Program-made: the position numbers and the translations under genes
DNA from: Sedimentisphaerales bacterium
Lineage (GTDB): Bacteria; Planctomycetota; Phycisphaerae; Sedimentisphaerales; Anaerobacaceae
Direction: 5' to 3'
Length of the DNA stretch: 64,000 nucleotides
NCBI GenBank assembly: GCA_040772485.1
Contig: JAXGYC010000009.1
Coordinates: forward strand, 192,001-256,000
Part shown: positions 47,012 to 56,693 of the stretch, piece by piece
Numbering within the stretch: the first letter of the stretch is position 1
How the letters are laid out: each line of letters begins with the position of its first letter
The notes under the pieces: model-generated
Databases searched by the model: none
The model's input: the letters and a program-made list of their open reading frames with translations, nothing else
Told to the model about the DNA's origin: nothing

Positions 47012-48166
47012 ATGAGAAGGTATCTGAGCTACGCCGTTCGTGTTCTTGTTGTTGTGGTGGTCTTGGTGGTCGTGTTCTACCGCGTCAGAATGTCGCCGAT
47101 TCCCGTGACGGCCTTCGCCGTCACACGAGGTCCCGTCGCCGCCGAGGCCATGGGCACCGGGACGCTGACGGCGCACACCAGGGCCACGATCGGTCCGGAG
47201 ATCCAGGGCCGCCTGACCGAACTGACGGTGGACCAGAATGACGAGGTCGCCAAGGGCCAGCTCCTTGCCCGCCTGGACGATTCGGACCTGCGGGAGCAGC
47301 AGGCCATTGCGAAGGCCAACCTGGAGGCGGCGCGGGCCACTTACGACCGGGTCATAGCCGAGCAGGAGCGGGTCCAAGCGATTGTTGCCCAAGCCCGACG
47401 CGAGTACGATCGCCAGTTTCAGCTCCAGGCCAAGCAGATTGCGTCGGCGGCCGAGTTGGACAAGAGCCGCGAGCTTCTTGAGGTGGCCGAGGCCGAAGAG
47501 GCCCGAGCCGTTGCCGCCATTGCTGAAGCCCAGAAACTGATTGTCGCTGCGGAACGGACTCTGGACTATCAGAGTGCCAGGCTGGCCGACACGTGTATCT
47601 ACAGCCCGTTTGAAGGGCTGATCGTCCGGCGGGACCGCGACTTGGGCGACGTCGTGGTTCCCGGCGCGTCGGTGTTTCAGTTGATCTCGACCCGGGACCT
47701 GTGGGTCTCGGCCTGGGTGGACGAGTCTTTTCGGGCGGCTCTGCAATCTGGACAGAAGGCGCGAATCGTCTTTCGCTCGGAGCCGGGAAGGGAGTACGCC
47801 GGCTCGGTCATCCGGATCAGTCGGGAGGTGGACCCGGAGACACGCGAGTTTCTGGTCGACGTGGCGCCGGATCAGTTGCCACAGGGATGGGCCATCGGGC
47901 AGCGCGCAGAGGTCTTCATCCTGACCGGACGAAAAGACAACGTGGTCCGGATCCCGGGCCGAATGATCCGCTGGCGGGACAATCAGGCCGGCGTATGGGT
48001 GAACGAAGAGGGCAAGGCGAGTTGGCGAGCCCTCGAGCTGGGCATGACGGGCAGGGAGTTCACGGAGGTTGTCGGTGGCCTGGCCGACAACGATACGGTG
48101 ATTGCGGCGACTGAGTCCCACGCCAAGAAGTTGCAGCCGGGCAGGCGGGTGGTGAGCGCACCATGA
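47012..48166 (+). CDS. Membrane fusion / periplasmic adaptor protein (MacA/DevB-like)
   Basis: N-terminal TM helix; V.KGQLLARLD lipoyl half; coiled coil; IYSPFEG; EVDPETR. Confidence 0.9.
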   Translation: MRRYLSYAVRVLVVVVVLVVVFYRVRMSPIPVTAFAVTRGPVAAEAMGTGTLTAHTRATIGPEIQGRLTELTVDQNDEVAKGQLLARLDDSDLREQQAIAKANLEAARATYDRVIAEQERVQAIVAQARREYDRQFQLQAKQIASAAELDKSRELLEVAEAEEARAVAAIAEAQKLIVAAERTLDYQSARLADTCIYSPFEGLIVRRDRDLGDVVVPGASVFQLISTRDLWVSAWVDESFRAALQSGQKARIVFRSEPGREYAGSVIRISREVDPETREFLVDVAPDQLPQGWAIGQRAEVFILTGRKDNVVRIPGRMIRWRDNQAGVWVNEEGKASWRALELGMTGREFTEVVGGLADNDTVIAATESHAKKLQPGRRVVSAP

Positions 48167-49371
48167 ATCTGGCCATCCGCGATATCCGCCACAAGCTCAG
48201 CCGGTTCCTGCTCACCGCTGTGGGCACCGGCCTGCTGTTGATGATCGTCATGGGGATGGGGGGAATCTACCAGGGCCTCAGTGAGGACGCGCTGAGCTTT
48301 CTGGAACGGACGAAGGCGGACTTCTGGGTCGTGCAGAGAGGGACGCGCGGCCCGTTTGCAGAGATCTCGCGCGTACCATGGAGTCTGGAGGATCGCGTCC
48401 ATGCCGTCACCGGCGTGTCCGCGGCCCGCGCTTTCGTATCGCATACGATTCAGCGGGAATTCCGCGGGCGGCCCCTTCGCATCGTCGTACAGGGACTGGC
48501 GTGGCCGCGAGACGACGGCCGGACGCTGCCGCTGATGGCCGGCCGGGCGATAAGGCAGGCCCACTACGAGATGCTTGCCGACCGCTCGCTCGGTCTGCGT
48601 CTCGGCGAGCGCATCCCGCTGGGCAAGGACGTCTACACCGTCGTGGGAATCACGACCGGCATGGTGGGCCAGAGCGGCGACGGTATCGCGTTCTTCACCG
48701 TCTCCGATGCGATTGCCATCCAGTACGATGCGCCGGGGGAGGCGGTCCGCCTCGAACGCCAGGCGAGGCGGTCGCGGTTGCTGAAGCAGGACCTGGGCAA
48801 CACACAGCCGGTCATGCTGGAGCGGGCGGCGGGCCCCACGTCAGAGCTACCAGCGCTGGGCACGCAGAATGTCAGTGCGATCATGGTGAACGTCTCGCCC
48901 GGGACGGATCCGGCACGGGTGGCGAGGGTCCTTTCCGGCTGGAGCGATGTGACGGTGTACACCAACGACGCGCAGCGCGACCTGCTGCTCAAGGCGATCG
49001 AACGCAATCGCAAGCAGATCGGCATGTTCCGCACGTTGCTCGTCATCATCTCCGCCATTATCATGGCGCTGATTCTCTACACCCTGACCCTGGACAAAAT
49101 CCACGATATTGCCATGCTCAAGCTGATGGGCGCGCGGAACCGGGTCATCGTGGTGCTGATCCTGCAGCAGGCCCTTCTATTGGGGGCTATGGGCTATGGC
49201 CTGGCCCACGTCATCGGGCTTTGGGTCTTTCCCCTCTTTCCCCGGCGAGTAGCCATCACCCAGGCAAGCCTGGTGCAGCTTGGCGTTGTCGTTCTCGCGA
49301 TCTCTATTCTCTCCAGTTTTCTGGGCATCTGGAAAGCGATGTCCATTCAACCGAACGAGATCCTGTCATGA
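48163..49371 (+). CDS. ABC transporter permease (MacB/FtsX/DevC-like)
   Basis: N-terminal TM, periplasmic loop, IAMLKLMGA motif, three C-terminal TMs; ATGA overlap with the upstream gene. Confidence 0.9.
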   Translation: MNLAIRDIRHKLSRFLLTAVGTGLLLMIVMGMGGIYQGLSEDALSFLERTKADFWVVQRGTRGPFAEISRVPWSLEDRVHAVTGVSAARAFVSHTIQREFRGRPLRIVVQGLAWPRDDGRTLPLMAGRAIRQAHYEMLADRSLGLRLGERIPLGKDVYTVVGITTGMVGQSGDGIAFFTVSDAIAIQYDAPGEAVRLERQARRSRLLKQDLGNTQPVMLERAAGPTSELPALGTQNVSAIMVNVSPGTDPARVARVLSGWSDVTVYTNDAQRDLLLKAIERNRKQIGMFRTLLVIISAIIMALILYTLTLDKIHDIAMLKLMGARNRVIVVLILQQALLLGAMGYGLAHVIGLWVFPLFPRRVAITQASLVQLGVVVLAISILSSFLGIWKAMSIQPNEILS

Positions 49372-50084
49372 GAACCGTCATCCAATCCGACGCTCTTTCG
49401 GTCGAGGCCCGGTCGCTCACGAAGATTTATGGGCGGGACAATACCGAGGTCGTGGCCATGCGCGACGTCTCGTTCCAGGTTTCGCGGGGTGAAGTGGTGG
49501 CTCTACTGGGACCGAGCGGTGCGGGCAAATCGACGCTTCTGACCGCCATCGGGCTGGTCAATCCGCCCACGTCCGGCGAGATTGCCATCGGTGGCTGCCC
49601 GGTGATGAGCGGGCCCAGAGCGCTGGTCGACATCCGCGCGTTCCGACGGAAGCACCTGGGGTTCGTGTTCCAGAAGGCGAATCTCATTCCATTCCTCACC
49701 GCTCTGGAGAATGTGCAGGTGGCGATGGAGATCAATGATGCCCCCGCCCGCAAGGCTCGAAAACGCGCCTGGGAACTGCTGGAGTATCTGGGTGTCGCCG
49801 ACCGCTGTCGCAATCTGCCCTCGATGCTTTCGGGGGGCCAGCAACAGCGCGTGGCGGTGGCCCGTGCGCTGGCGAACGATCCGAGTCTGATCCTGGCCGA
49901 TGAGCCGACCGCGGCGCTCGACAGCCATCGTGGGCGTCAGGTGATGGAGTTGTTCCGGATGGTCGCGCACGAGCAGAAGGCCGGCGTTATTGTCGTGACG
50001 CACGACCAGCGGGCATTGGATGTTTTCGACCGGATTCTCGAAATGGAGGATGGGGTCTTGCGACCCTCCGCACCGGCAACATGA
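49368..50084 (+). CDS. ABC transporter ATP-binding protein (LolD/DevA-like)
   Basis: [28 protein letters not shown]. Confidence 0.95.
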   Translation: MRTVIQSDALSVEARSLTKIYGRDNTEVVAMRDVSFQVSRGEVVALLGPSGAGKSTLLTAIGLVNPPTSGEIAIGGCPVMSGPRALVDIRAFRRKHLGFVFQKANLIPFLTALENVQVAMEINDAPARKARKRAWELLEYLGVADRCRNLPSMLSGGQQQRVAVARALANDPSLILADEPTAALDSHRGRQVMELFRMVAHEQKAGVIVVTHDQRALDVFDRILEMEDGVLRPSAPAT

Positions 50085-50113
50085 AGCAGGTTCGTCACAG
50101 GAGACGGCTTGTC

Positions 50114-51985
50114 ATGAGCACGAATCTCGCAGTGTTCTTCTTGTTGGTTGGCGCCATCGTGTCGCTCGCAGCGGCGCAGAATCCAAGGACAGGAGGGTTC
50201 GGCGGGACGCGCCCGCCGGCGAACAACGAGCGGGGATTGCGCGAGCTGACGGACGAGGAGATTCCGCCCAACCTGAACTTCTACGCGATGGACCCGCTTT
50301 ACGATCCGAATGCGAAGCTGGGCTGGGCCTCGCAGCGGATCGAGGAGACGCTTGACCGTGGCATGCTCGCCTTGGCGATGGGTGAAGGCCGCGTCTATCT
50401 CGACTGGCGATTGCTCAAGACCGACCCGGAGGCGATTGCCTTCAACGTCTATCGCTCGAGCGCCGGCGGCGAGCCGGTGAAGCTGAACGCCGAGCCGATT
50501 CGCAAGACCACGGATTTCATCGACGCCGATGCGCCCCTGGATCGGCCGAACGCGTGGTGGGTCGTGCCGGTGGTGGATGGCTCGGAGCTGGCGCGGTCGG
50601 CGCCAGTCGAGCTTGCGGCGAGTGCCCCGGCGCAGCAGTACAAAGCGATCAAGCTCAAGGACGACGTTCGCGGGGTGTCCATCGTCGGCATCGGCGACCT
50701 GAACGGCGACGGTGTCTATGACTTCGTTGTCAAGCACCCCGCCGGAGGGAAGGACCCGGGCCGCGTCGGTCCCAACCGAGGTTCGTACAAGTATGACGGC
50801 TACGACGGCGCGACGGGCGAATTCCTGTGGCGGATCGACCTGGGCTGGAACGTGGACATGGGGATCTGGTGGACGCCCATGGTCGTTCGCGACCTCGACG
50901 GCGACAACAAGGCGGAGGTCTGTGTGAGGACCGCGCCGTATGCGGCCAGCGCCGACGAGATGTTCCCCAGCGGCAAGACCGGATTTGTCATGGAAGGGCC
51001 CGAGTACCTGACGGTCTACAACGGCGCCAACGGCGCCGAGATCGACAAGGTCGACTGGATCGAGCGGGGCAGGGTCCAGGACTGGGGCGACAACACCGGC
51101 AATCGCTCCTGTCGTCACATGATGGGCGTGGCCTACCTGGACGGCAGGACCCCGGCAGTGTTGGTGGTTCGCGGCATCTACGGGATGATGAAGATCGACG
51201 CCTGGGTGCTGAAGGACCGCAAGCTCCAGAAGGTCTGGCGCTGGACCAATGAGCGGGCTCCCTTCATGTACCAGGGCCAGGGTCAGCACAGCATCAAGAC
51301 CGGCGACATCGACGGCGACGGCTGCGATGAGATTCTGGCCGGCTCGATTGCGATCGACAACGACGGTCGCACCCTCTGGGGCACTGGCTACGGACACGGC
51401 GACCGTTTCTATCTCGGTGACATTGACCCCGGCCGGCCCGGTCTGGAGGTCTGGTATATCTTCGAAGAGCCGCACCCGCACAACGGCGCGAGTCTGTGGG
51501 ACGCGCGGACCGGGAACCTGATCTTCGGAATTCCCGAATCGAACCGCGACAACGAGCTGGGCCTGGCCATCGCCGGTGACATCGATCCGGCGTATCCGGG
51601 CATGGAGTGCGCCGGCGGCCGGCATTTCTATACAGCGCAGGGCCTCAAGATCGATGGGCCCGTGCCGCCTCAGAACTTCCTCGTCTGGTGGGATGCCGAT
51701 CCGCTGCGCGAGATCCTTGCCTGGCGGGGCGTGTCCAAATGGAAGGGCGACTCGCTGACGGACATCCGAGGCGGCGTTCAGCAGATCGCCGATATCCTGG
51801 GCGACTGGCGCGAGGAGATCATCACGTATACCGATGGGGAGTTGCGCATCTACAGCACGATGATTCCAGCGGAGGACCGCCGCGTGTGCCTGATGCAGGA
51901 CCCGCTGTACCGCAACGACGTGACCCACCGCTCGATGGGCTACGCGCATTATCCCATGACCAGCTACTACCTGGGAAGCCGTTGA
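50114..51985 (+). CDS. Divergent PL11-like (rhamnogalacturonan lyase fold) secreted protein
   Basis: LDRG, WRLL.TDP..AFNVYR, DLNGDG/DLDGD repeats, AYLDG, ADILGDWREE, LMQDPLYR. Confidence 0.8.
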   Translation: MSTNLAVFFLLVGAIVSLAAAQNPRTGGFGGTRPPANNERGLRELTDEEIPPNLNFYAMDPLYDPNAKLGWASQRIEETLDRGMLALAMGEGRVYLDWRLLKTDPEAIAFNVYRSSAGGEPVKLNAEPIRKTTDFIDADAPLDRPNAWWVVPVVDGSELARSAPVELAASAPAQQYKAIKLKDDVRGVSIVGIGDLNGDGVYDFVVKHPAGGKDPGRVGPNRGSYKYDGYDGATGEFLWRIDLGWNVDMGIWWTPMVVRDLDGDNKAEVCVRTAPYAASADEMFPSGKTGFVMEGPEYLTVYNGANGAEIDKVDWIERGRVQDWGDNTGNRSCRHMMGVAYLDGRTPAVLVVRGIYGMMKIDAWVLKDRKLQKVWRWTNERAPFMYQGQGQHSIKTGDIDGDGCDEILAGSIAIDNDGRTLWGTGYGHGDRFYLGDIDPGRPGLEVWYIFEEPHPHNGASLWDARTGNLIFGIPESNRDNELGLAIAGDIDPAYPGMECAGGRHFYTAQGLKIDGPVPPQNFLVWWDADPLREILAWRGVSKWKGDSLTDIRGGVQQIADILGDWREEIITYTDGELRIYSTMIPAEDRRVCLMQDPLYRNDVTHRSMGYAHYPMTSYYLGSR

Positions 51986-52002
51986 GGTGGCGGAGTGACA
52001 AT

Positions 52003-53883
52003 ATGACAATACGACCGGCGTACATGGCATCCGTGTGGGCGGCTGCCGCTGTGACGGTTCTGGCCGGAACGGTGCACGCGCAACGCCAGATGGAATGGCT
52101 TGATCGGGGCCTGGTTGCCGTCCAGCGGAGCGACGGGACAGTCTACATCGGATGGCGCATGCTGGGGACTGAACCCGACTCCATTGCGTTCAATGTCTAC
52201 CGGGATGGCACCCGCGTGAACGAGACGCCGATTGCGGATTCGACGAACTTTGTGGACGATCGAGGCGCCGGCGATGCGACCTACACCGTCTGCGCCGTCA
52301 TCAATGGTTCGCAGGCTGTGCCTTCGAAGCCGGCAACGGTCTGGAAACAGGACTATCTGACCATCCCTCTTCGGACGCCGGATGGGTATCGTCCGAACGA
52401 CGCGTCCGTCGGCGATCTCGACGGAGACGGCGCGTACGAGATCGTGCTGCACCAGGCGGGACGTAGTCGGGACAATGCCTCTCGCGGCATGACGGACCCG
52501 CCCATTCTCGAAGCCTATCGACTTGATGGGACGTTTCTCTGGCGAATCAACCTCGGCCGGAACATCCGCGAGGGGGCCCATTACACGCAGTTCATGGTCT
52601 ACGATCTCGACGGCGACGGCAGAGCAGAGGTCGCGTGCAAGACCGCCGACGGCACGGTCGATGGAACCGGCAAGGTCATCGGCGACCCGAACGCCAACTG
52701 GGTCAACCGCGATGGGAAGATATTGGACGGCCCGGAGTTCTTCACGATCTTCGACGGGCTGACGGGCACGGCACTGGCGACCGTCGACTACATTCCGCCC
52801 CGAGGCGACATCAGCGGTTGGGGCGGCGTCGGCGGCAACGGCAGCAACGACCACAACGGCAACCGTGTCGATCGCATGCTCGCCTGCGTCGCCTATCTCG
52901 ATGGGACCCGGCCGAGCGTGGTGATGTGCCGGGGCTACTACGGCCGGTCCGTATTGGCCGCCTGGGACTACAGAGATGGCAGGCTCACCTCGCGATGGGT
53001 CTTCGATTCGGCGACACCCGGACTGGAGAAATACTCGGGGCAGGGCAACCACAATCTGACCGTCGCCGACCTGGACGCCGACGGCAGGGACGAAATCATC
53101 TACGGGTCGATGTGCGTGGACGACGACGGGACTGGTTTGTATTCGACGGACCTGCGACATGGGGACGCCATGCACGTCGGCGATCTGGACCCGGCCCGAG
53201 GCGGGCTCGAAGTGTGGGGTATCCACGAGAACGAAGTTGTGATACCGGGCTATGAAGACGGTTTCGGCGCCGCTATGTTCGACGCCGGTACTGGGGAAGT
53301 TCTCTGGGGCAAGGACCCGGGGCGTGACGTCGGTCGAGGCGTAGCCGCCGACATCGATCCGAGACATCCCGGCGACGAATGCTGGTGGAGCGCGTCGTCG
53401 GTCCTGTGCGATGCCAGGGGCCAGGAAATCGGGCCGCGACCCCGGTCGCAGAACTTCGTCGTCTGGTGGGATGGCGACCTGCTTCGCGAGACGCTCGATG
53501 GCATTCGCATCGCCAAGTGGGATTGGGAAGGCGGCGCGGAAGTCCCGTTGTTGACAGCCGAGGGCTGCTCGTCGAACAACGGGTCGAAATCCACGCCGGC
53601 CCTGAGCGCCGACCTTTTCGGCGACTGGCGGGAAGAGGTGACGTGGAGAAGCCGCGACGGCAAGGAGCTGCGCATCTACACGACGACCATGCCGACAGCG
53701 CACCGCTTCTACACGCTCATGCACGACCCACAATACCGGTTGAGCATCGCCTGGCAGAATGTGGCCTACAACCAGCCGCCGCACGTGGGATTTTTCCTCG
53801 GCGCAGGAATGGCGCCGGCGCCTCGACCGAGCATCCGACTTGTCGGCAGGAGCATAGCGCCAGTTGGGAGCAAGCAGGAATGA
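52003..53883 (+). CDS. Rhamnogalacturonan lyase, PL11 (YesW/YesX-like)
   Basis: RQMEWLDRG, NIREGAHYTQFMVYDLDGDG, GNRVDR, GQGNH, HGDAMH, NNGSK, QNVAYNQPPH. Confidence 0.93.
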   Translation: MTIRPAYMASVWAAAAVTVLAGTVHAQRQMEWLDRGLVAVQRSDGTVYIGWRMLGTEPDSIAFNVYRDGTRVNETPIADSTNFVDDRGAGDATYTVCAVINGSQAVPSKPATVWKQDYLTIPLRTPDGYRPNDASVGDLDGDGAYEIVLHQAGRSRDNASRGMTDPPILEAYRLDGTFLWRINLGRNIREGAHYTQFMVYDLDGDGRAEVACKTADGTVDGTGKVIGDPNANWVNRDGKILDGPEFFTIFDGLTGTALATVDYIPPRGDISGWGGVGGNGSNDHNGNRVDRMLACVAYLDGTRPSVVMCRGYYGRSVLAAWDYRDGRLTSRWVFDSATPGLEKYSGQGNHNLTVADLDADGRDEIIYGSMCVDDDGTGLYSTDLRHGDAMHVGDLDPARGGLEVWGIHENEVVIPGYEDGFGAAMFDAGTGEVLWGKDPGRDVGRGVAADIDPRHPGDECWWSASSVLCDARGQEIGPRPRSQNFVVWWDGDLLRETLDGIRIAKWDWEGGAEVPLLTAEGCSSNNGSKSTPALSADLFGDWREEVTWRSRDGKELRIYTTTMPTAHRFYTLMHDPQYRLSIAWQNVAYNQPPHVGFFLGAGMAPAPRPSIRLVGRSIAPVGSKQE

Positions 53884-55784
53884 CGAGCATCCGCAAAGTG
53901 ATCTCTGTGCTGTGTGTGACCATCGCGATGTGCCATGGCGCCTGGGCGGACGCGGTTGAAGTCCGCTCACCCGACGGTCTGATGAGCGTTACGTTCGACG
54001 TGAAGGACTTCGAGGGCGCGTCTGCGTGCCCGGTCTACAGCGTCCGGTACAAGAGCAGGATCATCGTGAATGAGTCGCGGCTTGGACTGGAGCTCGAAGA
54101 CGGCCCGCTTGGCAACGGCGTGACTGCCACCGTTCTTTCGACGGGAAGTCACGATGCGACGTGGAAGCCGGTGTATGGCGAGCGAAGCGCCATCCGCGAC
54201 CGTTACAGCGAGGCCGAGATTCAACTGAGGCAGACGGACGCTCCCCATCGGATCGTGACGCTTGCGTTCCGTGCTTATGACGAGGGGGTGGCCTTCTGCT
54301 ACACGATTCCGAAGCAGGCCGGGATGGATCGTGTCACCATCGCGAAAGAGGCCAGCGAATTTCGGTTTCCAGACGACCACGCCGCCTGGGCGACGTACAG
54401 CGCACAGGGCAAGTATGAGAAAGTCACGCTGGGCCGGATCAAGCCGGGTTGCGAAAGGCCCCTGGTGATCCAGCCGGCCGACGATGTGTACGTCGCTGTT
54501 GCAGAAGCCCGTTGCGTCGATTACGCGCGAATGAAGCTGTCGCCGCTGAGTGGCCGAGCCAACAGTCTGGTGAGCGACCTGAGCGGTCCGGTCGAAGCCG
54601 CGCTGCCGTTGACGACGCCCTGGCGCGTCGTGATGGCGGCCGACAGTCCCGGCCGCCTTCTCGAGAACAACGACATCATCCTCAATCTCAACGCGCCGTG
54701 TGCGATTGCCGACACCTCCTGGATCGAGCCGGGCAAGGTGATCCGCGAGGTCTCTCTGACGACCGCAGGGGGCAAGCGCTGCGTCGATTTCGCGGTCGAG
54801 CACAATCTCCAGTACGTCGAATACGATGCCGGTTGGTACGGGCCTGAGTATTCCGACGAATCCGATGCGACGACGGTGACGCTCGACCCGAAACGCTCCA
54901 AGGGGCCGCTGGATTTGCAGGAGGTGATTCACTATGCCGACGAGCGAGGCATCGGAGTGATCGTTTACGTCAATCGCCGGGCCCTCGAACGCCAGTTGGG
55001 CGAGATTCTGCCTCTGTATCGCCGGTGGGGTATCAAGGGCGTCAAGTACGGCTTCGTCAACGTCGGTTCGCAGCAGTGGACGAGCTGGCTGCACGAGGCC
55101 GTTCGCAAGGCGGCCGAGAATCAGCTCATGGTGGACGTGCACGATGAGTATCGCCCGACCGGCTACTCGCGCACGTATCCGAACTTCATGACTCAGGAGG
55201 GCATCCGGGGCGACGAGGAGCGTCAGCCCAACGAGATGAGCCTGACGACGCTGTTCACGCGGATGCTGGCGGGAGCGGGCGACAACACGATCTGCTATCT
55301 CGACAAGCGGGTGGACGAGCAATCCACGCACGCCTATCAACTGGCCAAGGCCGTCTGCTTCTACAGTCCCTGGCAGTTCCTCTATTGGTACGATCGCCCG
55401 GAGATGTTCCGCGACGAGCCCGAGCTGGAGTTCTTCGACCGTTGTCCGACGGTGTGGGATCAGACGAAGGTGATCGAGGGCCGCATCGGCGAGTACGCGA
55501 TCATTGCCCGGCGCAGCGGTCCGAACTGGTTCATCGGTTTCATGAACAGCGGTCAGGCCCGCACATTCGATGTCCCGCTCGGCTTCCTCGATTCAGAGAA
55601 GACCTACGTTGCCCACGTCTATTCGGACGACTCCTCCGTCGCCACGCGGACCCACGTCCGGATCGACCGATTCACCTTGGACCGTGACACGAGGCTCAGG
55701 ATGACCGCATCGGAAAAGGGAGGTCAGGCCGTCCGGATCGTGCCGGCGACGGCCGCCGACCACCACCAGCCCTACACGAAATAG
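53880..55784 (+). CDS. GH97 glycoside hydrolase (retaining, alpha-galactosidase-like)
   Basis: VRSPDG, FRAYDEGVAF, TPWRV, SWIEPGK, DAGWY, WGIKGVK, PTGYSRTYPN..TQEG. Confidence 0.92.
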   Translation: MTSIRKVISVLCVTIAMCHGAWADAVEVRSPDGLMSVTFDVKDFEGASACPVYSVRYKSRIIVNESRLGLELEDGPLGNGVTATVLSTGSHDATWKPVYGERSAIRDRYSEAEIQLRQTDAPHRIVTLAFRAYDEGVAFCYTIPKQAGMDRVTIAKEASEFRFPDDHAAWATYSAQGKYEKVTLGRIKPGCERPLVIQPADDVYVAVAEARCVDYARMKLSPLSGRANSLVSDLSGPVEAALPLTTPWRVVMAADSPGRLLENNDIILNLNAPCAIADTSWIEPGKVIREVSLTTAGGKRCVDFAVEHNLQYVEYDAGWYGPEYSDESDATTVTLDPKRSKGPLDLQEVIHYADERGIGVIVYVNRRALERQLGEILPLYRRWGIKGVKYGFVNVGSQQWTSWLHEAVRKAAENQLMVDVHDEYRPTGYSRTYPNFMTQEGIRGDEERQPNEMSLTTLFTRMLAGAGDNTICYLDKRVDEQSTHAYQLAKAVCFYSPWQFLYWYDRPEMFRDEPELEFFDRCPTVWDQTKVIEGRIGEYAIIARRSGPNWFIGFMNSGQARTFDVPLGFLDSEKTYVAHVYSDDSSVATRTHVRIDRFTLDRDTRLRMTASEKGGQAVRIVPATAADHHQPYTK

Positions 55785-55799
55785 CCGCGTGGAAGGGTC

Positions 55800-56009
55800 T
55801 CAGTTGGTGAAGAGGTCGAAGATGTTGCCCAGCATGCTGGTGTCGGCCTTGTAGATCTCCGTATAGCGGCATCGCGTGCAGGTCACCGTGGAGAAGCGTC
55901 GGCTCTGCACATCGAAGATCTTGCTCCAGAAGCCTCCGGCCGCTCGGATCTCGCCCGTCTCGAATTCCGTGCCGGAGCACTTCGGACACGTGTAACGGAT
56001 GGTCTGCAT
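55800..56009 (-). CDS. Zinc-ribbon domain protein (DUF2082-like)
   Basis: CPKC...SKIFDVQ...CTRCRYTEIY; AGGAG RBS. Confidence 0.85.
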   Translation of the reverse strand: MQTIRYTCPKCSGTEFETGEIRAAGGFWSKIFDVQSRRFSTVTCTRCRYTEIYKADTSMLGNIFDLFTN

Positions 56010-56353
56010 GGGTTCGTCTCCTGAAAACGTGACTGGATGCCGTCTATCTGAATAGACGCCTGCGGGACCGAAGACTTGCGAACATGACGAAGAGAAGCGC
56101 GGGCTTCTATTCCGATGTCAGAGTACGATATCATACTTTCATGCTATGGTATCTGGTGACATCAAACTTCCCTCTGCAATATTCGTAGTCCGATAAGCGT
56201 CTATAGTAACGGGAAGCGTACAGGCGACATATAGAGACGGTGTGTCGCCGGTCAAGGAGGATAGGGCAGGGTTTTGTGCTGTCCAGAAGGGCTTGAAGGG
56301 CCGGCTGTTTTGGGAGATGTGTTGTGTATATCGGACAAGACTCTGACGAGGCC

Positions 56354-56674
56354 GTGAATCGTAAGTCCTCATCACTGCCTCCTTTCCGCTACGAGGCAGG
56401 GTATTCCCTCAACGTCAGCGATCGCGGCGGCGCGGGAGTGAAACTGGAGCTGAGCCACGACGGGGACATCGGGGCGGCGGTCATGCTGCCGCCGGAGACC
56501 GTCCAGGAACTCGGCAGGTGGCTGTTGCGAACGCTGGGCCAGGATGAACACGGATTCCCCGTGGAGCTTGGGGGGATTCTCGAGAGGCTCAGCAAGGAGA
56601 AGAAAGCCAGCTCGATTCTCCAGCGGGGCGACAAGACGCGAATCCGCGAGGCTCTCCAGGCCCTCAAGAGCTGA
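56354..56674 (+). CDS. Hypothetical protein (~106 aa)
   Basis: GTG start after GAGG; GC3-rich codon usage; fills the gap between convergent neighbours. Confidence 0.6.
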   Translation: MNRKSSSLPPFRYEAGYSLNVSDRGGAGVKLELSHDGDIGAAVMLPPETVQELGRWLLRTLGQDEHGFPVELGGILERLSKEKKASSILQRGDKTRIREALQALKS

Positions 56675-56693
56675 CAGGGATTCTGAGCCGGGA

